Shown: positions 47,281 to 62,617 of the stretch, piece by piece | How positions within the stretch are numbered: the first letter of the stretch is position 1 | How the letters are laid out: each line of letters starts with the position of its first letter | NCBI RefSeq assembly: GCF_009914755.1 | Contig: NC_060925.1 | DNA from: the human T2T-CHM13v2.0 reference genome, Homo sapiens | Direction: 5' to 3' (one strand) | DNA: 64,000 nucleotides | The notes under the pieces: generated by a model | The model's database searches: none | Told to the model about the DNA's origin: nothing | What the model saw: only the letters and a program-made list of their open reading frames with translations | Made by a program: the position numbers and the translations under genes

Positions 47281-48079
47281 GTAAACCCACTGATCAATCT
47301 TAAGATCCCAAAACAAAGCAAGAGACCACCAGACATGATGAGCCTCCTCCTGTGATGCAATAGGCAATAGCAACAGCCACAAAATCCTCCTGCCAAAAGT
47401 GTAATGCCAAACTGATCAAGCCTCTAGATATAATGACTGCTTTATACAAACACTTGGGATAGAAGAACATGCTAAAGACACTATGAGAATGCAATAGCCA
47501 AATCCAAAATATGGGAGATTTTTTTTTAGGACAAATTACTCAGTATTTTCAACCAAAACAATAGCAAGTAAAAAAAATAATAACTGTGGCAGTGTGGGGG
47601 GCTTTCGTAGAGATTTTTAAAGACTTGAGAAATATCAGCAAAAGCAATATGTGTCCCTCATTTGGATTTTGATTCAGATAAAATAACCATTTATGAGATA
47701 ATGTGAATTTTCATGCTGACTGGATATTGCATGGTATTAGGAAATTATTGTTAGTTTCTTTTAGGTGTCATAATGTATTATGGATTTTTTTAAGGAATTC
47801 TTATCTCTTAGAGGTATATATTTAAGCATTTTTGAATAAGTTATATAAAGCCTGGGATTGCTTTAAAAATAATGTAGCAGAGGGTAGGGTAATAGAGGTT
47901 ATAAAGTAAAACTGGCCTTATGTTGATAAATGGTGATGCTGAGTGGTGAGTACATGGGGGTTCATTGTAAATCTATTCCTTATATTCAAACATACTTTAG
48001 TGATGCTTGGAAATGTCATCATAAAAAGTTTAATGGAACAAAATATATGCTATGATAGGTGGCATATTATCTATACATT

Positions 48080-48300
48080 AATAATAACCAAATTCATATA
48101 GTATATTGAGGTTTACAGAGCACTTTTCATGTATAATTTAATATAATCCTAACCTCAGGCCTACAAGGTAGATTTTATTATTGTTATCTCACAGGGAACA
48201 ATTTCAGAGTGGTTAAGTCAATGGCTCAGCAGTTCTGAGCTAGTAGGAGGCAAAAAATGAGATTCAGATCTAAGTCTTTGATTTCTAAATCCTATGCTCC
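48080..48300 (-). mobile_element. MIR
   Basis: tttacagagcacttttcat...aatcct...cagagtggttaagt. Confidence 0.6.
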
Positions 48301-49028
48301 ACCTGGAGAGGGAGAAGAAAAGCTGGGTGATCCTGGTTAAGTCTCTTAACTTCTGAGCCTAAGGAAAAATGAGAACAATAATACTTAGCCTGCTTTCTTC
48401 CTAGTTGTTGGGAAACTCAGGTCTGAAAATTTCTAGAAAAGGACTTTGTGTATTGGGAAGTGCCTTATAAATTTAGATTGGCACATAGAGATTAGCTTTC
48501 TAGCAAAGAATGCTACAAAAAGGGAAGAAGGTGGAGAGCTCTGGGGGCTGGTTTTGGGCAATGCAGAGTTTGTTCTTGGTAACCTTTGCATTCCCCCCAC
48601 ATCTCAAAAATCCCTCCCTTGTGTTCGTATTAACTGATAACACGTAAGATGTTTTTCCTGTGGCGTACTTGAATGCTTCCCATCATCCCTGATGTGCTGC
48701 GTTGTTACTATCTTGTAGGAGCAGAGGCTGCACAACAGCTGTTTGTAACGGAAAGTTTTATGACTTGTTTTTAGACTGGTGAAATCAGCATGAAACTGCG
48801 TGGTATTTTCTGCTGTTGTCCAGAACTCCTCTACTAGATTATTTACACTAAGTCATTGATAGCCATGAATTTTCACTAAGCAACACTGGAAAACAAATGA
48901 GACACTTTTGATTCTCTAGGGGGAAAAAATGGAGTGGTACAGTTAAAATGACCCACATTAAACAATTACAGCTACAAAAACAAAAACCTCTTTGGGGACT
49001 GGGTACAGATATCTAAAAAGCCACGTCA

Positions 49029-49389
<361 letters not shown>

Positions 49390-50896
49390 TCAATGATGAC
49401 AATGTAATTCTGCCAGTACACATTGAAATACTAACAGGAGCACCTAAATATACCTATATATTTTGTTTTAAATATATAAATTAAAATATCTCATTTGTGA
49501 TTACTACTTTCATAGTAATAATTTCAGCCATAAGTAACTTCGGAAGACTCTTTACCTGTCTGTGTCTCCGTTTTCTTCACCATAAGTTAGGAATAATAAT
49601 GATATCTATCTTGTGGGCTAAAAATTAAATAAGATCATATATGTAAAAGGAGGTTGTGCCTTGCTAAGGGCCTGGCACTGATCTAAATGCAGGTGCTAAA
49701 TGTTGAGCACTGAAGTCTATAATAGCCGTAGGCACTGGGAGCCTGGAGATCAGTGTGGCTAAGAAAGGAGGGAGAGTTCTGTGGATAGCTCAGGACAAAG
49801 GTGTGGCTGCTGAGCCCCAGCAGTACTGGAAAGAGGAGGCCCAAATACTAGTGCTTGCACATGTGAGAAAACGTTAGAATCTTGATGCTGAGTATATGGG
49901 TGTTAACTGCAATTTTTTTCAATTTTTCTGAATATTCCAAAATTGTGATAATAAAATGTTGGGAAATAAAGTTATAAAATAAAATCTGGTATCTCCTCCA
50001 AACCTCCATGGCCATGGGTAGCCTGGGCAGAATAGATTGACAACAACTGACCAGGCTTATAAACCGATTAAATTGGCACTAGGGAGAGAGAAATGAGGGT
50101 TGGGGGTGAGCCCGGAAGAGCCAGAGGAAGCAGCGCTTTCCCGATGTGGTGGACACGGTGCTGGAACCCCAGCTCACAGAGATTCGCTGGTGCGGCCAGG
50201 AAAGTTTGCATCATTTGGAACATGTGTGCAGGACTTCTCCCCGCCAGACAAGCCATGCTCATTTCCAGTTCTGCTTCCAGCCTGCCTGGGGGAGCCTAGC
50301 ATTACAAACAATTACTCTGCTCTCAAAATGGAAAATTTCAGTCCTAGGATTTCTACAGGAACTTCTGGAGCTTGTAGAAAAAAAAAAAAAGCACCTCGCT
50401 CCTCGAGAGCAAAATTAAATGGTAAAATTTCTAAATTACTGTAAACGTGGGTCTCACGTGTCTTGAAAATAGCATGTATGTGACTGCTAAGTGTTGTGTG
50501 GGTGATTCATCAGACTCTCATTTCTTGTTTTGGTTCTGGATAGCACAGGATGTGGATTAGAAAAGTATGGTGCAGTGCTTATGTCAAACACAGAGTAAGG
50601 GGTTGCCCTGCACAGTGGCAATTAACAATTACCAGAGTATGGTTCTCTTAAAATTTAGTCGAATGAGAGTATACATGTATATCTGAACTTTGGGCAAAGG
50701 TTTAAATATTTTAAATATTATTGAAGCCAATACACATCTGTTGAGCACCTACTATTTACAATGTGAATATGCATAAATTGCAACAAATAGTACTTTTTCT
50801 GTAATGTGTGAATTACGTAATTTCAGAAATGTGTCATTTTCAAACCTTTTGCAAGCACAATCATTTCACCTGTATCTCTCTTCAAGAATCATTCTA

Positions 50897-51210
<314 letters not shown>

Positions 51211-51369
51211 CTAGTCTTCACAGTCATGCAAGAATCAAATCTGGGGCAAAGTTGAGACACTACACTCAATTGGTTAGGAGTCACCGTCATTCTCCAGTTA
51301 TATTGTCTGAGTGCTATACTTTTTTAAAAAAGATTGTTTTTAAAGTAAAAATGCTAGTGATTTGGAAGG

Positions 51370-52345
51370 GGATAAACTGAAAAGTCCACCTCCATAAAGC
51401 ACCCCCAGTCTTGCCCCCTAGAGGTAACTCTGGCAACAGATCTTTGCATATGCTTCAATAAAATTTTTACACATACACAAGCATATGTGACCCAGATGTT
51501 GGCCGTCCGTCTCATCTGCTTGACTGACTTTCTTTTGGCCTCAGGCCATGCTTGACACACAAATCTCAGTCCTTGACCAGTATTTACAAGAAATCCAATC
51601 ACATTAAGTATATCCTGATTTTTAAAGTATTATTAAAGATTGATGGGGTTAGAGAGAATGATCACAGTGTACAGCATCAACATCTCTGTCTCAAACAAAA
51701 CAAAACTGTGTTCAACATGTCTCTCCACATTCTTACCAGCCCACACCACAAATTGGTCATGCTCCTCTCTGGCCTCTGTACACCATCTATTCTGACACAC
51801 ACAGCCTGTCATTCCTATCATTCCTGTTCCAAGGTCTCTGTTTCTCCAACCCAATCCCAATTATCTCCCAACCTCTCAAGCTGTAAGGATGCAATACATT
51901 TTTATTTCATCAGATCCTTTCAGATGGACATTAGGTTGCTCCCCATTTTTTTTTCTGTGTTAAACAATGTTATAATTAATATCTTAGAAGATACATCTTT
52001 GTACACTTGTGAGTTTGTTGCTGGGTAAATTCTTAGAAGTGCAATGCCTGGATCAAGAACATATACATTCACAATTGGGACATATTTTGACAAAATGTCC
52101 TTTAAAAATGATATGAATGTATATTCCCATAGGGTATGCAAGCATACACAGGGTTTCTCCACACTTGGGTCAACAGTGGATATTACTCCACTTTAGCGTC
52201 ATCTTGGTTATCTTTACCAAATGAATGGTGAAAATTAGTACCTTATGGTTATTTTAATCTGCACTTCTTTAGTGATGAGTGGGATCAAAAGCCTCTTTTC
52301 ATCTATGTGTTTGCCATTTGTATTTCCTTCTCTGTGAAATGCCGG
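51370..52345 (-). mobile_element. L1ME 3' fragments
   Basis: gatggacattaggttg; gggtaaattcttagaagtgcaatgcctggatca; ttttaatctgcacttctt. Confidence 0.65.
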
Positions 52346-52369
52346 TTCATCTACCAGCAAAAACCCTCT

Positions 52370-54190
52370 TGTTCTTGAAAGAAACATTTCCCTTTGCTTC
52401 CAGGACACTTCCATCTTCTGGTTCTCTGGAGCCTCTTTCTCATCCTTTTGTTGGCTCTTTTTTGTTTACCTTCCTCAGGGATGTTGCTATTCTCCAGGGC
52501 TCCACCCTCATCCTCATCCTGCCTCCTTTCCACTGTACATGCTCTTCCCATGTCATGCCACCTTCTTGCCCAAAATTAGTTACCATTTATTGACCACTTG
52601 TTATGTTCTAGACATTCTACTAGGCATTCTAAATGCTCATTATAACTCTCCAAGGTCAGCATTATGTTTCCCAATTTTTCAAATGAGGAAAGTGAGATCA
52701 CAGAGTAACTTGTCTAAGGTTGTACCACCAGTAAATGATAGAGCTGGGATTTGATGCCAGGGTCATTTCTCGCCAATGTCTAAGCTCTTTCTATTACATT
52801 GCCATGTCCTCATTTACTACCCACAGGGAGACAATTCCAAGTCTGTATTGCCACTCTAAGTCTCTCGATGGTCTCAAAATCACATGTGCTCAATTCCTCA
52901 ACAGAAATATCTGCCTAGACATCAGCAGGACCCTAAAATGCAGCATGCTCTCCCTGAACCTGCCCTTCCAGCGATCCCTTCATGGATAATAGAGTCTCCC
53001 AGCCTCAGCCAATCAATTGCCAAGTCTCATAGAAACCACTCAGATATCTGAGCCCTCTGTCCTTCCCTCTGTTCCCCACTTTGCTCAGAGCCTTGTAATT
53101 TCCTGGCCAAATACCACACACTTCCTAAACTGTACATTCCAGTTAATACCCCACTCAACATCCTGAGGTTGTTTCTCCAATAAGCATAATCATCTGTAAA
53201 TGAAGAGATGCTCTTTATAAGGACTAAGTGAAATAATCTATGTAAAATATGCAGCTTATGCTCATTCCTCAATAAGTGTTAGGGTTCTTACCTTCCTTCT
53301 AAAATGTCAGTCTGATAATATAAGTCCCTATGGCCTGCACAATAAAGTCTAGAGCCCAGTGGCTTCCGAGGCCCTGACCCGCCTCTCTGATTCCTGCCTC
53401 ACACTAGGCTCTAGTCAACCAAATGCCTCACTTTTCTTGTCTCTGTGCCTTAGTTCCCTCTGCTTGGAATTCCTTTCCTCCACTTACTGCACTAATGAGC
53501 ATCTTTAATTATTATTCTTTCATTATTACTGTACTTTAAGTTCTAGGGTACATGTGCACGATGTGCAGGTGTGTTACATATGTATGCATGTGCCATGTTG
53601 GAGTGCTGCACCCATTAACTCGTCATTTACATTAGGTGTATCTCCTAATGGTATCCCTCCCCCCTCCCCCCACCCCACTACAGGCCCCGGTGTGTGGTGT
53701 TCCCCACCCTGTGTCCAAGTGTTCTCATTGTTCAGTTCCCACCTATGAGTGAGAACATGCGGTGTTTGGTTTACTGTCCTTGTGATAGTTTGCTCAGAAT
53801 GATGGTTTCTAGCTTCATCCATGTCCCTACAAAGGACATGAACTCATCCTTTTTTATGGCTGCATAGTATTCCATGGTATATATGTGCCACATTTTCTTA
53901 ATCCAGTCTATCATTGGTGGACATTTGGGTTGGTTCCAAGTCTTTGCTATTGTGAATAGGAGCACCTTTAATTCTTTAAGATCTGGTTCAGATGGCACTT
54001 TCCCCAGAATGCTGGCTCTGAATTCTTCCCATCAGTTTCCCGGGCTCCTTCTCTGAGCCTCTTTACTTTTTCTTACATTATTGCATTGCAATTATTTGTT
54101 TACCTGCCTGTCTCTGCGACAAGGCTGAAAACAGGGGCTGTTCCTTATCCGTCATCATATCCTCAGTGTGTGGCACCCAGGAGGTGCTTT
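52370..54190 (+). mobile_element. L2 fragments interrupted by MIRs (about 52580-52800 minus, 53150-53285 plus) and L1PA
   Basis: ctttgcttccaggacac; aataaagtctagagcc; gttccctctgcttggaat; tgtttacctgcctgtctc. Confidence 0.6.
53511..53959 (-). mobile_element. L1PA (PA4-6-like) 5'-truncated 3' end
   Basis: Encodes the ORF2 C-terminus LFTIAKTWNQPKCP...WMKLETIILSKLSQ; TSD gagca(t/c)ctttaatt at 53497-53510 and 53960-53973. Confidence 0.95.
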
Positions 54191-54679
54191 AAAATGTGTG
54201 TGGAATTAATGTGTTCCATGCGTTAATAAGTGCTTGCCATGCCCCACCTCCTCCAGAATTGCGGTTACAGACAAAAGGGATTAAAGTGCCGCAGCCTTGC
54301 AGGTGGTGCACTGCAGGCTCAGAGGGTGCAGTTAGCCTTCTGAACCTCAGTTTTAAACCTGCAAAGTGGGCCTCAGACACCTCCTGGGCAATTAAGGGCA
54401 AAGGAAATAACATGTAAGTAGCCAAAATGCAGTCAAGATGCAAGTGGATGTTAAGTTGCTAGCCAAAACCACGGGAAGAATGATCATTTTTAGGGAATGG
54501 ACCAATGCCTGGAAAGAATGCAGGCTTTGGAGTCAGGCACATTTAAATGCACTGTGATATTCTGTTATAACAGACTAACTCTGAGGTGTCGTTGATTTGA
54601 CACAACAAAGGGTGAATGTGGGAATGTCCACCACGGGAATGTGGCTCCTGCTCTAATCAGGCTTCAGGGGCCCATATTG

Positions 54680-55520
54680 ACGCAGTCAGGGTCCCTGAAA
54701 AGCAGACTCTGAAAGGAGATTAACATGCAGGATGTTTGTTAAGGGGTACCCTTACGATTGACACCTGCGAAAAAGAGCAGAAGGAAACAGGACTGTGCAG
54801 AGGGAGGAGTTGAGCTGCAGTGCAGGCCCAGCACCAGCCTTCACGTAACCCACGGGGTCTCTGGAGCTTGAATAACCCTTTAGAGATGTCCTGAACTGGG
54901 CCAAGATGGCTCGACCCTGATACCTCTGTGTTAATCAGGGGCAAACCTTGGGTGGGGTGACTCTCGGCGGCTGAGGCAGCCCTGCAGAGATTGACAACTG
55001 AAGGCTGCCACAGACAGCATTCCCAGCCCCTGGGGCCGTGCTTCTTTTACTGAAGAGGAGACAGCTCACATGTGGAGGATCCTCATCATATAGTTGCTGC
55101 ACCCTGGGGACACATGCCAAAGTATCTCAGCTTTGGTTCTTCCAGAGGCCGACTCTGAACCTGGGATATGAGCACAAGCCATTTATCTGGGAGTATGGAA
55201 GTGAGATGGGAAAGGAAAGGAAATCAATGGAGCGCACTTTAATGAACAGGTAACTGCTGGGGGCCCCTGCAAATCAGAATAGAACATGTCCCGGAGTTGT
55301 CCCTCTCAATGGGCAAAGATGGGGTGGTATTTATCCACCAAATCCTGTGTGTCATTACTCACAGCCACTCCTGGACAGACTCACCCACTGACAGTTCCCA
55401 CCTACCTTTCTATCTTGAACAAAGAGTGGCAGGTGACTGCAGTAAGAAGCCATTGACGTGAACACAAACTGTGAGCACCAAGGGGATGTGAGCAGAGCAC
55501 TAATGGAGTCTGTCCCAGCA
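54680..55520. mobile_element. Two old ERVL LTRs (LTR16/LTR33-like)
   Basis: aagcagactctga...gagggaggagttgagctgcagtgcag; ttcttccagaggccgactctga...tttatctgggag. Confidence 0.55.
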
Positions 55521-55689
55521 GGGAGGAGGGAGGCTGCAGAGTCTCTCAGGAATGTTATGCTGCCTCAGCCTAGGGGTGACACATTCACACAAGCATGGGC
55601 AGAGCTAGCTAGCCACATGGCCCACATCACTGTAAGGTAGAAAATTCTACCTTGCCCTCAGCGAAGGAAGGGGAAACAAATATTGCTGA

Positions 55690-55860
55690 GTTCTGATAAG
55701 GTCGGCCACAGTACTTCTCCTGCCTACTGGCTGGGTGAGATTGAGAAGTTGCTTTATCTTTCTGAGCCTCAATTTACTAATTTTTAAAATAGGAAGAATA
55801 ACATCTATCTCATAAGAGTGTGAAAAATGGAACAAACGCACGCAAAGAATCTACCACAAT
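55690..55860 (+). mobile_element. MIR
   Basis: tctgagcctcaatttactaatttttaaaatagg...tctatctcata. Confidence 0.6.
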
Positions 55861-56741
55861 GCAACAGAACTGGTGATGAAACAAAGCTACCACAGTTCGT
55901 TTTACTCATTTTATTATTACCCTTTATAACACATATATGTGACCTATATTCTTTTTATGTATCAAATGTAACATTAAAATAATAAAAGGGACACTTACTT
56001 AACACTAGATGTTGAAATTCAAAGAGAGATTTCACACATAAATAAATCAGTGCTAAGAAAAAATTTTGAAATAGTCTATCATAGTTTCTAGTATGTCACA
56101 GGCACTTACTAAATGGTAACTATTATCATTATCTGGGAACTATTGAAAACCAATTTCATTAATCACAGCCAAAAATAAAATTGATTTGGAATGTGATTTA
56201 CCCAGATAAATCATCAGCTCAAGGGACTGCTTGGAGAGAAGGAGAGCTGACCTATGCCTGTTGACTCACCATGTAAACACAGTCATGGTAATTTACTAGC
56301 AGCAAGACCTGTTTCCTGCTGAGCAGTTCCAGTCTGAGCTCCAGAGCTAGACGCAGAGGAAGGGGTCAAACATGTCCACATGGAACCTGTTTTTTCTTTT
56401 TCCCCACCCCCACCAACTTCTGAGTGATCAGAGGCTCCCTTGTTGCAATGTCATCAAAATGAGACGTGGAAATTCCTCACCTGCCATAAGCTAGACAGAG
56501 CTTTTGAGATGCAAACCGTATACACTCTCAGAGGAGAGGATTGAAACCAAAGAGAGAAGTCACTTTCAAAGCACCATCCCCCTACCTTCCCCCTTCCATA
56601 CACATGCTAAGCACACAGAGCTTTTGCAATCTGCTACGAAAACAGAATTTTAAAATAAACCCCAGTCTACTCTCTCAAATCAGAATTTAGAAGAAAATGG
56701 ATTTCTGTAAGGTGAATTTGCTCTCCCAAAGTAGTTCCATT

Positions 56742-56781
56742 CACACACATGTACATACACACACACACACACACACACACA
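56742..56781. repeat. Interrupted (CA)n
   Basis: Seen directly. Confidence 0.9.
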
Positions 56782-57577
56782 TAAAATGCAGCACTCATTA
56801 ATAGGCCAAATATGGAACAAGCAATTTTATCCTCAGCAAAAGAGAGACATTCAATAATTATGAGGACAGGCTTGAGGCTGCGTAAAAATAAAACTTACAG
56901 AAGCCAGCAGATGGCACTTAATCATAATTTTTCCTATGATTTCTATTAATTGTCAAATATTTTTCATTCTGCCTTCCCAATAAAACAAATGATATGCTAA
57001 TGTGGCACAGTAAGTAACATTTTCCCTTTGAGATATTGAATAGGCTTGTTACATAAAATTCCCCCACCTACATAACTAGCCCAAGACCCACATTTCTCGT
57101 GCATAGATTTATCATATCACACTATGCATATGCATGTCCGTATATCTGTGCGCTTCCAAGCACGCAGCACATTTGATAAATGCAAAAAGTAAAAGCTAAC
57201 ACCTTCATTTATTTCCAAAAGCAAGCCCAAATCAAGGATCTGTTGTTCCTGAAACAGCCACATAAAATCATTTAAACCACGTTGTCCACCAGAAACAGAA
57301 ATGCAGAAATACCTCAGGGAGGCCACTTTGGCAGTTTTCTTCAGGGCTCCTATTACAAGCATTAACAAGGTGAATGACCCCTTCCAGGCTGCTCTGTCTC
57401 ACCTGCCAATTCCTCTACTTTCTTCCCCCACACTCCTTCCTTCTCCCCACGCTTCCACAATGCTGCACCCTTTTTCTGCTTTTTTATTTCCTTTCTATAT
57501 TCTACTTCTGTTTTCTTTAATCTCTTCTCCCTCTTGAGCACTGGACTTGGTTTCCTGAATCTTGCAGGGACAGATGC

Positions 57578-58250
57578 TGTACCAGTCAGAGTTCTTGGTT
57601 TCTGACACCAGAAATCGACTCTGTTAAGCAGAAAATATTTATTGCAGAGCAATCAAGTAGTTCACAGAATCCACAGGAAGCCTGGAGAATCTGGCTCAGT
57701 AAACAGGCAAAAACCAAGGGTGTTGGCACCAGAAAAGACAGCCAAGGTCACACCACTGAAAACCACATGTCTGGGACAGTGCCACCAGCACCACGGTCAC
57801 CAGCCACTAACAGCTACCACTGCGCCCAGGCTCTCCTGAATAATGGTTCACTGGCTCTGAGGGCTTGTTTCATTTCCTCCAGATTCCCTATCCAGGCTGG
57901 GAAGCCCACGGCCAAGGCTGGGAGGGCTGGCCTCATGAGTTGCTCTCCAAGAGCAGAGCTGTTGTTCTGGCTCAGACCAAAGCAGGGCGGGGGCACAAGC
58001 TTCAGTGCCTAGAAGATCTAGCATGAATGCAGGAGAAAGTGGATCTCGAGAAATACTGGCAATGAGAGAGCACCAGGTGTCACAGACACTACTCATTTTA
58101 AACCTGCCCTTTCCTGGTGCACAGATAGGGAAGTCTGTGCTCCCAAACTAAGTGGAATAATTTTGGGGAAAGGAAAGATATTGAGTGGGATGCAGGTCAG
58201 TTATGCCAGTTTTGGAAAGACAAACAATAAAGCAAAATCCGGCTGATGCT
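57578..58250. mobile_element. Old MLT1-type LTR
   Basis: tgtaccagtcagagttcttggtt...cagaaatcgactctgttaagcagaaaa. Confidence 0.45.
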
Positions 58251-59170
58251 GTAGCCCTGTGCAGTCCACTCAGTTATTCCATACATACTTCGTTCTAGAC
58301 AAAGCAAGGAGCTACCATTGCTAATGTGAACACTTCATTTTCAGGTTCTATTTAGCCAATTTAAATTCCAGCTCCTAAGCACTATTCCTTTGACTTCCCA
58401 CATCTTAACCCTTAATGGGTGAAGGCTAGCCTCTTTCTAGGGATGAAATTTGTAACATGATTCCAAGCTCAGCGCAGGGGCCTCCCTCTCTCCTCCTGCC
58501 AGCTGGTCCCAATTATGAGCTGGTTTGGGTAATTTGAGAGTGTGGAGGGTGCCTGTGCAGTAGGAGGAGTATTTTCTAAGCACTCAGCTTCCCAAGCCCA
58601 ACTAGAACTAATAGATGCTTTAATATTCTGAATTCTGAGGGGATTTGTAATGGTTTTCCAAAAAAGGAAATAAAATGTGTAAATAAAATCACTTGGTGGC
58701 ATGCCTGGTAACCACTGCAAGTGCAGAGTGAAAAATCAAGTCTGTAGCATTCCAGCAAAGCTCCAACTTTGCCTACATTTCTTGGGCAGCTACCTCAGTT
58801 TTCCTGTGTTTTAACAGAGGGGGCCTGTGTGGCTGCAAGTTTTCTTGTGAGAGATGACACCAGACTTTGTGAGAGATGACAAAGACTTTTGGGGATCTCC
58901 AGCCCAGATTTTAAAGGGCTGAGGATATATCTGAGCTCAATTTTGTTATTTTCAACTTAATGTTTCTTGAGCATCTATTATATCCGACACATAGCACATT
59001 CTGGGAATTCAAAGCTGAAAAAAGCTCAGAATCTACTAAGATGGTTCTCTTTCAACAAGCAGCATTCCAAGGGTAGAAGAGTTAGCCCTTGGCTGGGAGG
59101 AGCATTTTGTCACTTACATTGTTCGGAATTGCCACGGCTCATGTGATTATACAAACCAGATGGCATTTAG

Positions 59171-59515
<345 letters not shown>

Positions 59516-60058
59516 TAAAACCCTGTACAGACTAATGCACTCCTTATTATCTGAACCTGGTCTGACTTCTCCCACTGTCTCCACTGCTTCCAATCATTCC
59601 TCCCAGTTTACATCATCATAGGCAATCTAAGTATGTGCAGGAGAAAAAGAAAACTACATTTGAAGACATAAATGTCACCAGAAGACGAGTGCCCATAGCT
59701 GCCTGGGCATGTGTTCCATTAGCTGATTAATGCCAATTATAGTTACTTAGACATTGTCCTTTTGGGTCTTATCTGAGACATTCTCCCGATGCACACAGGC
59801 TAGTCCTGTTAGGAGCAGATTTATATTCCAGGGACAGCACAGTCTCCTGGTGACGCTAGCAGGTCCTTAAGTCATATTATCAGCATTTGTAAGCCAGCTC
59901 CTTTTTCTTACTAAGTTATTATTTAATGTCTTTGGGCCTAAGTGTTCTCATAGGTAGAGTGTGGATAAGAGTATCTTTCCTGGAAGAAATATTGTAAGGA
60001 TTAAATTAGAGAATACATGTAAAACCATGTGGCACGTGGAAAGCACTCAAATATTTGC

Positions 60059-60483
60059 TTTTATTTTATTTTATTTTATTTTGTAGCAACATAGTCTCAC
60101 TATGCTGCCAGGCTAGTCTTGAACTCCTAGCCTCGAGCAATCTTTCTGCCTCAGCCTCCCAATATATGTGAACCACCAATCTCAGACAGCTGTTATTTTT
60201 TACTTGATTTTATTCAGTTATTTTTAATAGAGACGAGGTCTCCTTAATGTTGCCCAGGCTGGTCTTGAACCCCTGGGCTCAAACAATCCTCCCACCTCAG
60301 CCTCCCAAGTACCTGGGGACTACAGGCATGTGCCACCATGCCTGGCTAATTTTTTATTTTATTGTAGAGATGGGATCTCACTATGTTGTCCAGGCTGGTC
60401 TGTAGCTGCTGGCCTCAAGTAATTCTCCCTCTTCAGCCTCCCAGAGTGCTGGGATTATGGGTATGATCCACTGGGCCTAGCCA
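60059..60483 (-). mobile_element. Three tandem FLAM-like monomers inside a MIR 3' end
   Basis: Each unit has the left-arm ccaggct(g/a)gtct signature; none has ggagtgcagtgg. Confidence 0.75.
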
Positions 60484-60814
60484 ATGTTAGCTGTTATATC
60501 ATTATTGTGTTAGAAGATATTATAGTATCATGCTTAATTCCAGGAACAGCTTGGAAACCGTTTATAAAATTGTGTTCAAGCTCATGAATTAGAAACATCA
60601 CAAGCAGTAAAGAAGGAGACAGAGTGTGAGAGATGGACAGAGTTGTGCACCCAGGCCAGCCATATCGATGCAGGTACAATTCTGAGGGACATCTGCCTGA
60701 GCATTCCCGCCACACTGATCTGGAAATGCCAAGAGATGGAGTGGGCGCGCCTGGGCCCTGCCCTCACCCATACTGACCCACATCCACCATCATCCATTGA
60801 TGTTTCTTGCCTGA

Positions 60815-61000
<186 letters not shown>

Positions 61001-61475
61001 TAATAGTTGGCTTTTTACGGTAAGAAATAATTTTCTTCATTTTCATTTGTTCATTTGTATATCTGTATCTGTGTGAACACAGAAACTTCTATTTTATTCA
61101 ATGGATTATAATTATTTATTTTGATTCTCATATTGTCCCAGATTTGGTCAGTAGAGGCCCTTTCAAGCTGGTTTTGGTATCTTTTTGACACACCCTCATC
61201 ATTCTTGGAGAAGTGCCTTACAATAAGATATCCCAGGCTTATGTTGTTCTTTCCCTGCCACAGCCCTGGAATCAGCTATTTGTCCAAGGAAACCATCATT
61301 CCTTGTAGTGGAAAATGCTTCTGGGAACTAAGATCTGAGCACTATGTTTACTCAGTACTCAGGACTATTGTTACTGGGATGTCAGTCCTACACACACACG
61401 TGCGCACACACACAGAGAGAAACTTATATCTCTTTTCATTATTTCTTTATCTATTTATAGTTATCTCTATCTATC

Positions 61476-62330
<855 letters not shown>

Positions 62331-62617
62331 TATCTATCTACCTACCAGCCTACCTGCCTGCCTATCTAAAGCACAATTTACACAGTGGTAATACCATGAA
62401 GATCATTTTGGTTCCCCCCTTTCCATGTCAGTGTTTCCCTTCTCCAACAGTGGAAGCCTGGCTCCCATTATCTCAATTTACCTGTATGTAGCCAATCTCC
62501 CAATTCATGCCCCACCCAGCTCACCCCTCCTGAGCCTGCGTCCTCTGAACTGGCTACCTACCTCATTCAGATTATTGCTTTTTTTTTTTTTTGGATGAAG
62601 GAAAAAAAGCAAGAAGC

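Noticed and set aside
53574-53998. ORFs with a clear protein match (TWNQPKCP...WMKLETIILSK)
   Set aside because: C-terminus of L1 ORF2 in a roughly 450-bp truncated L1PA; not a gene.
58845-58887. 22-bp direct duplication ttgtgagagatgaca(cc/a)agact
   Set aside because: Ordinary two-copy slippage duplication with no other signal.
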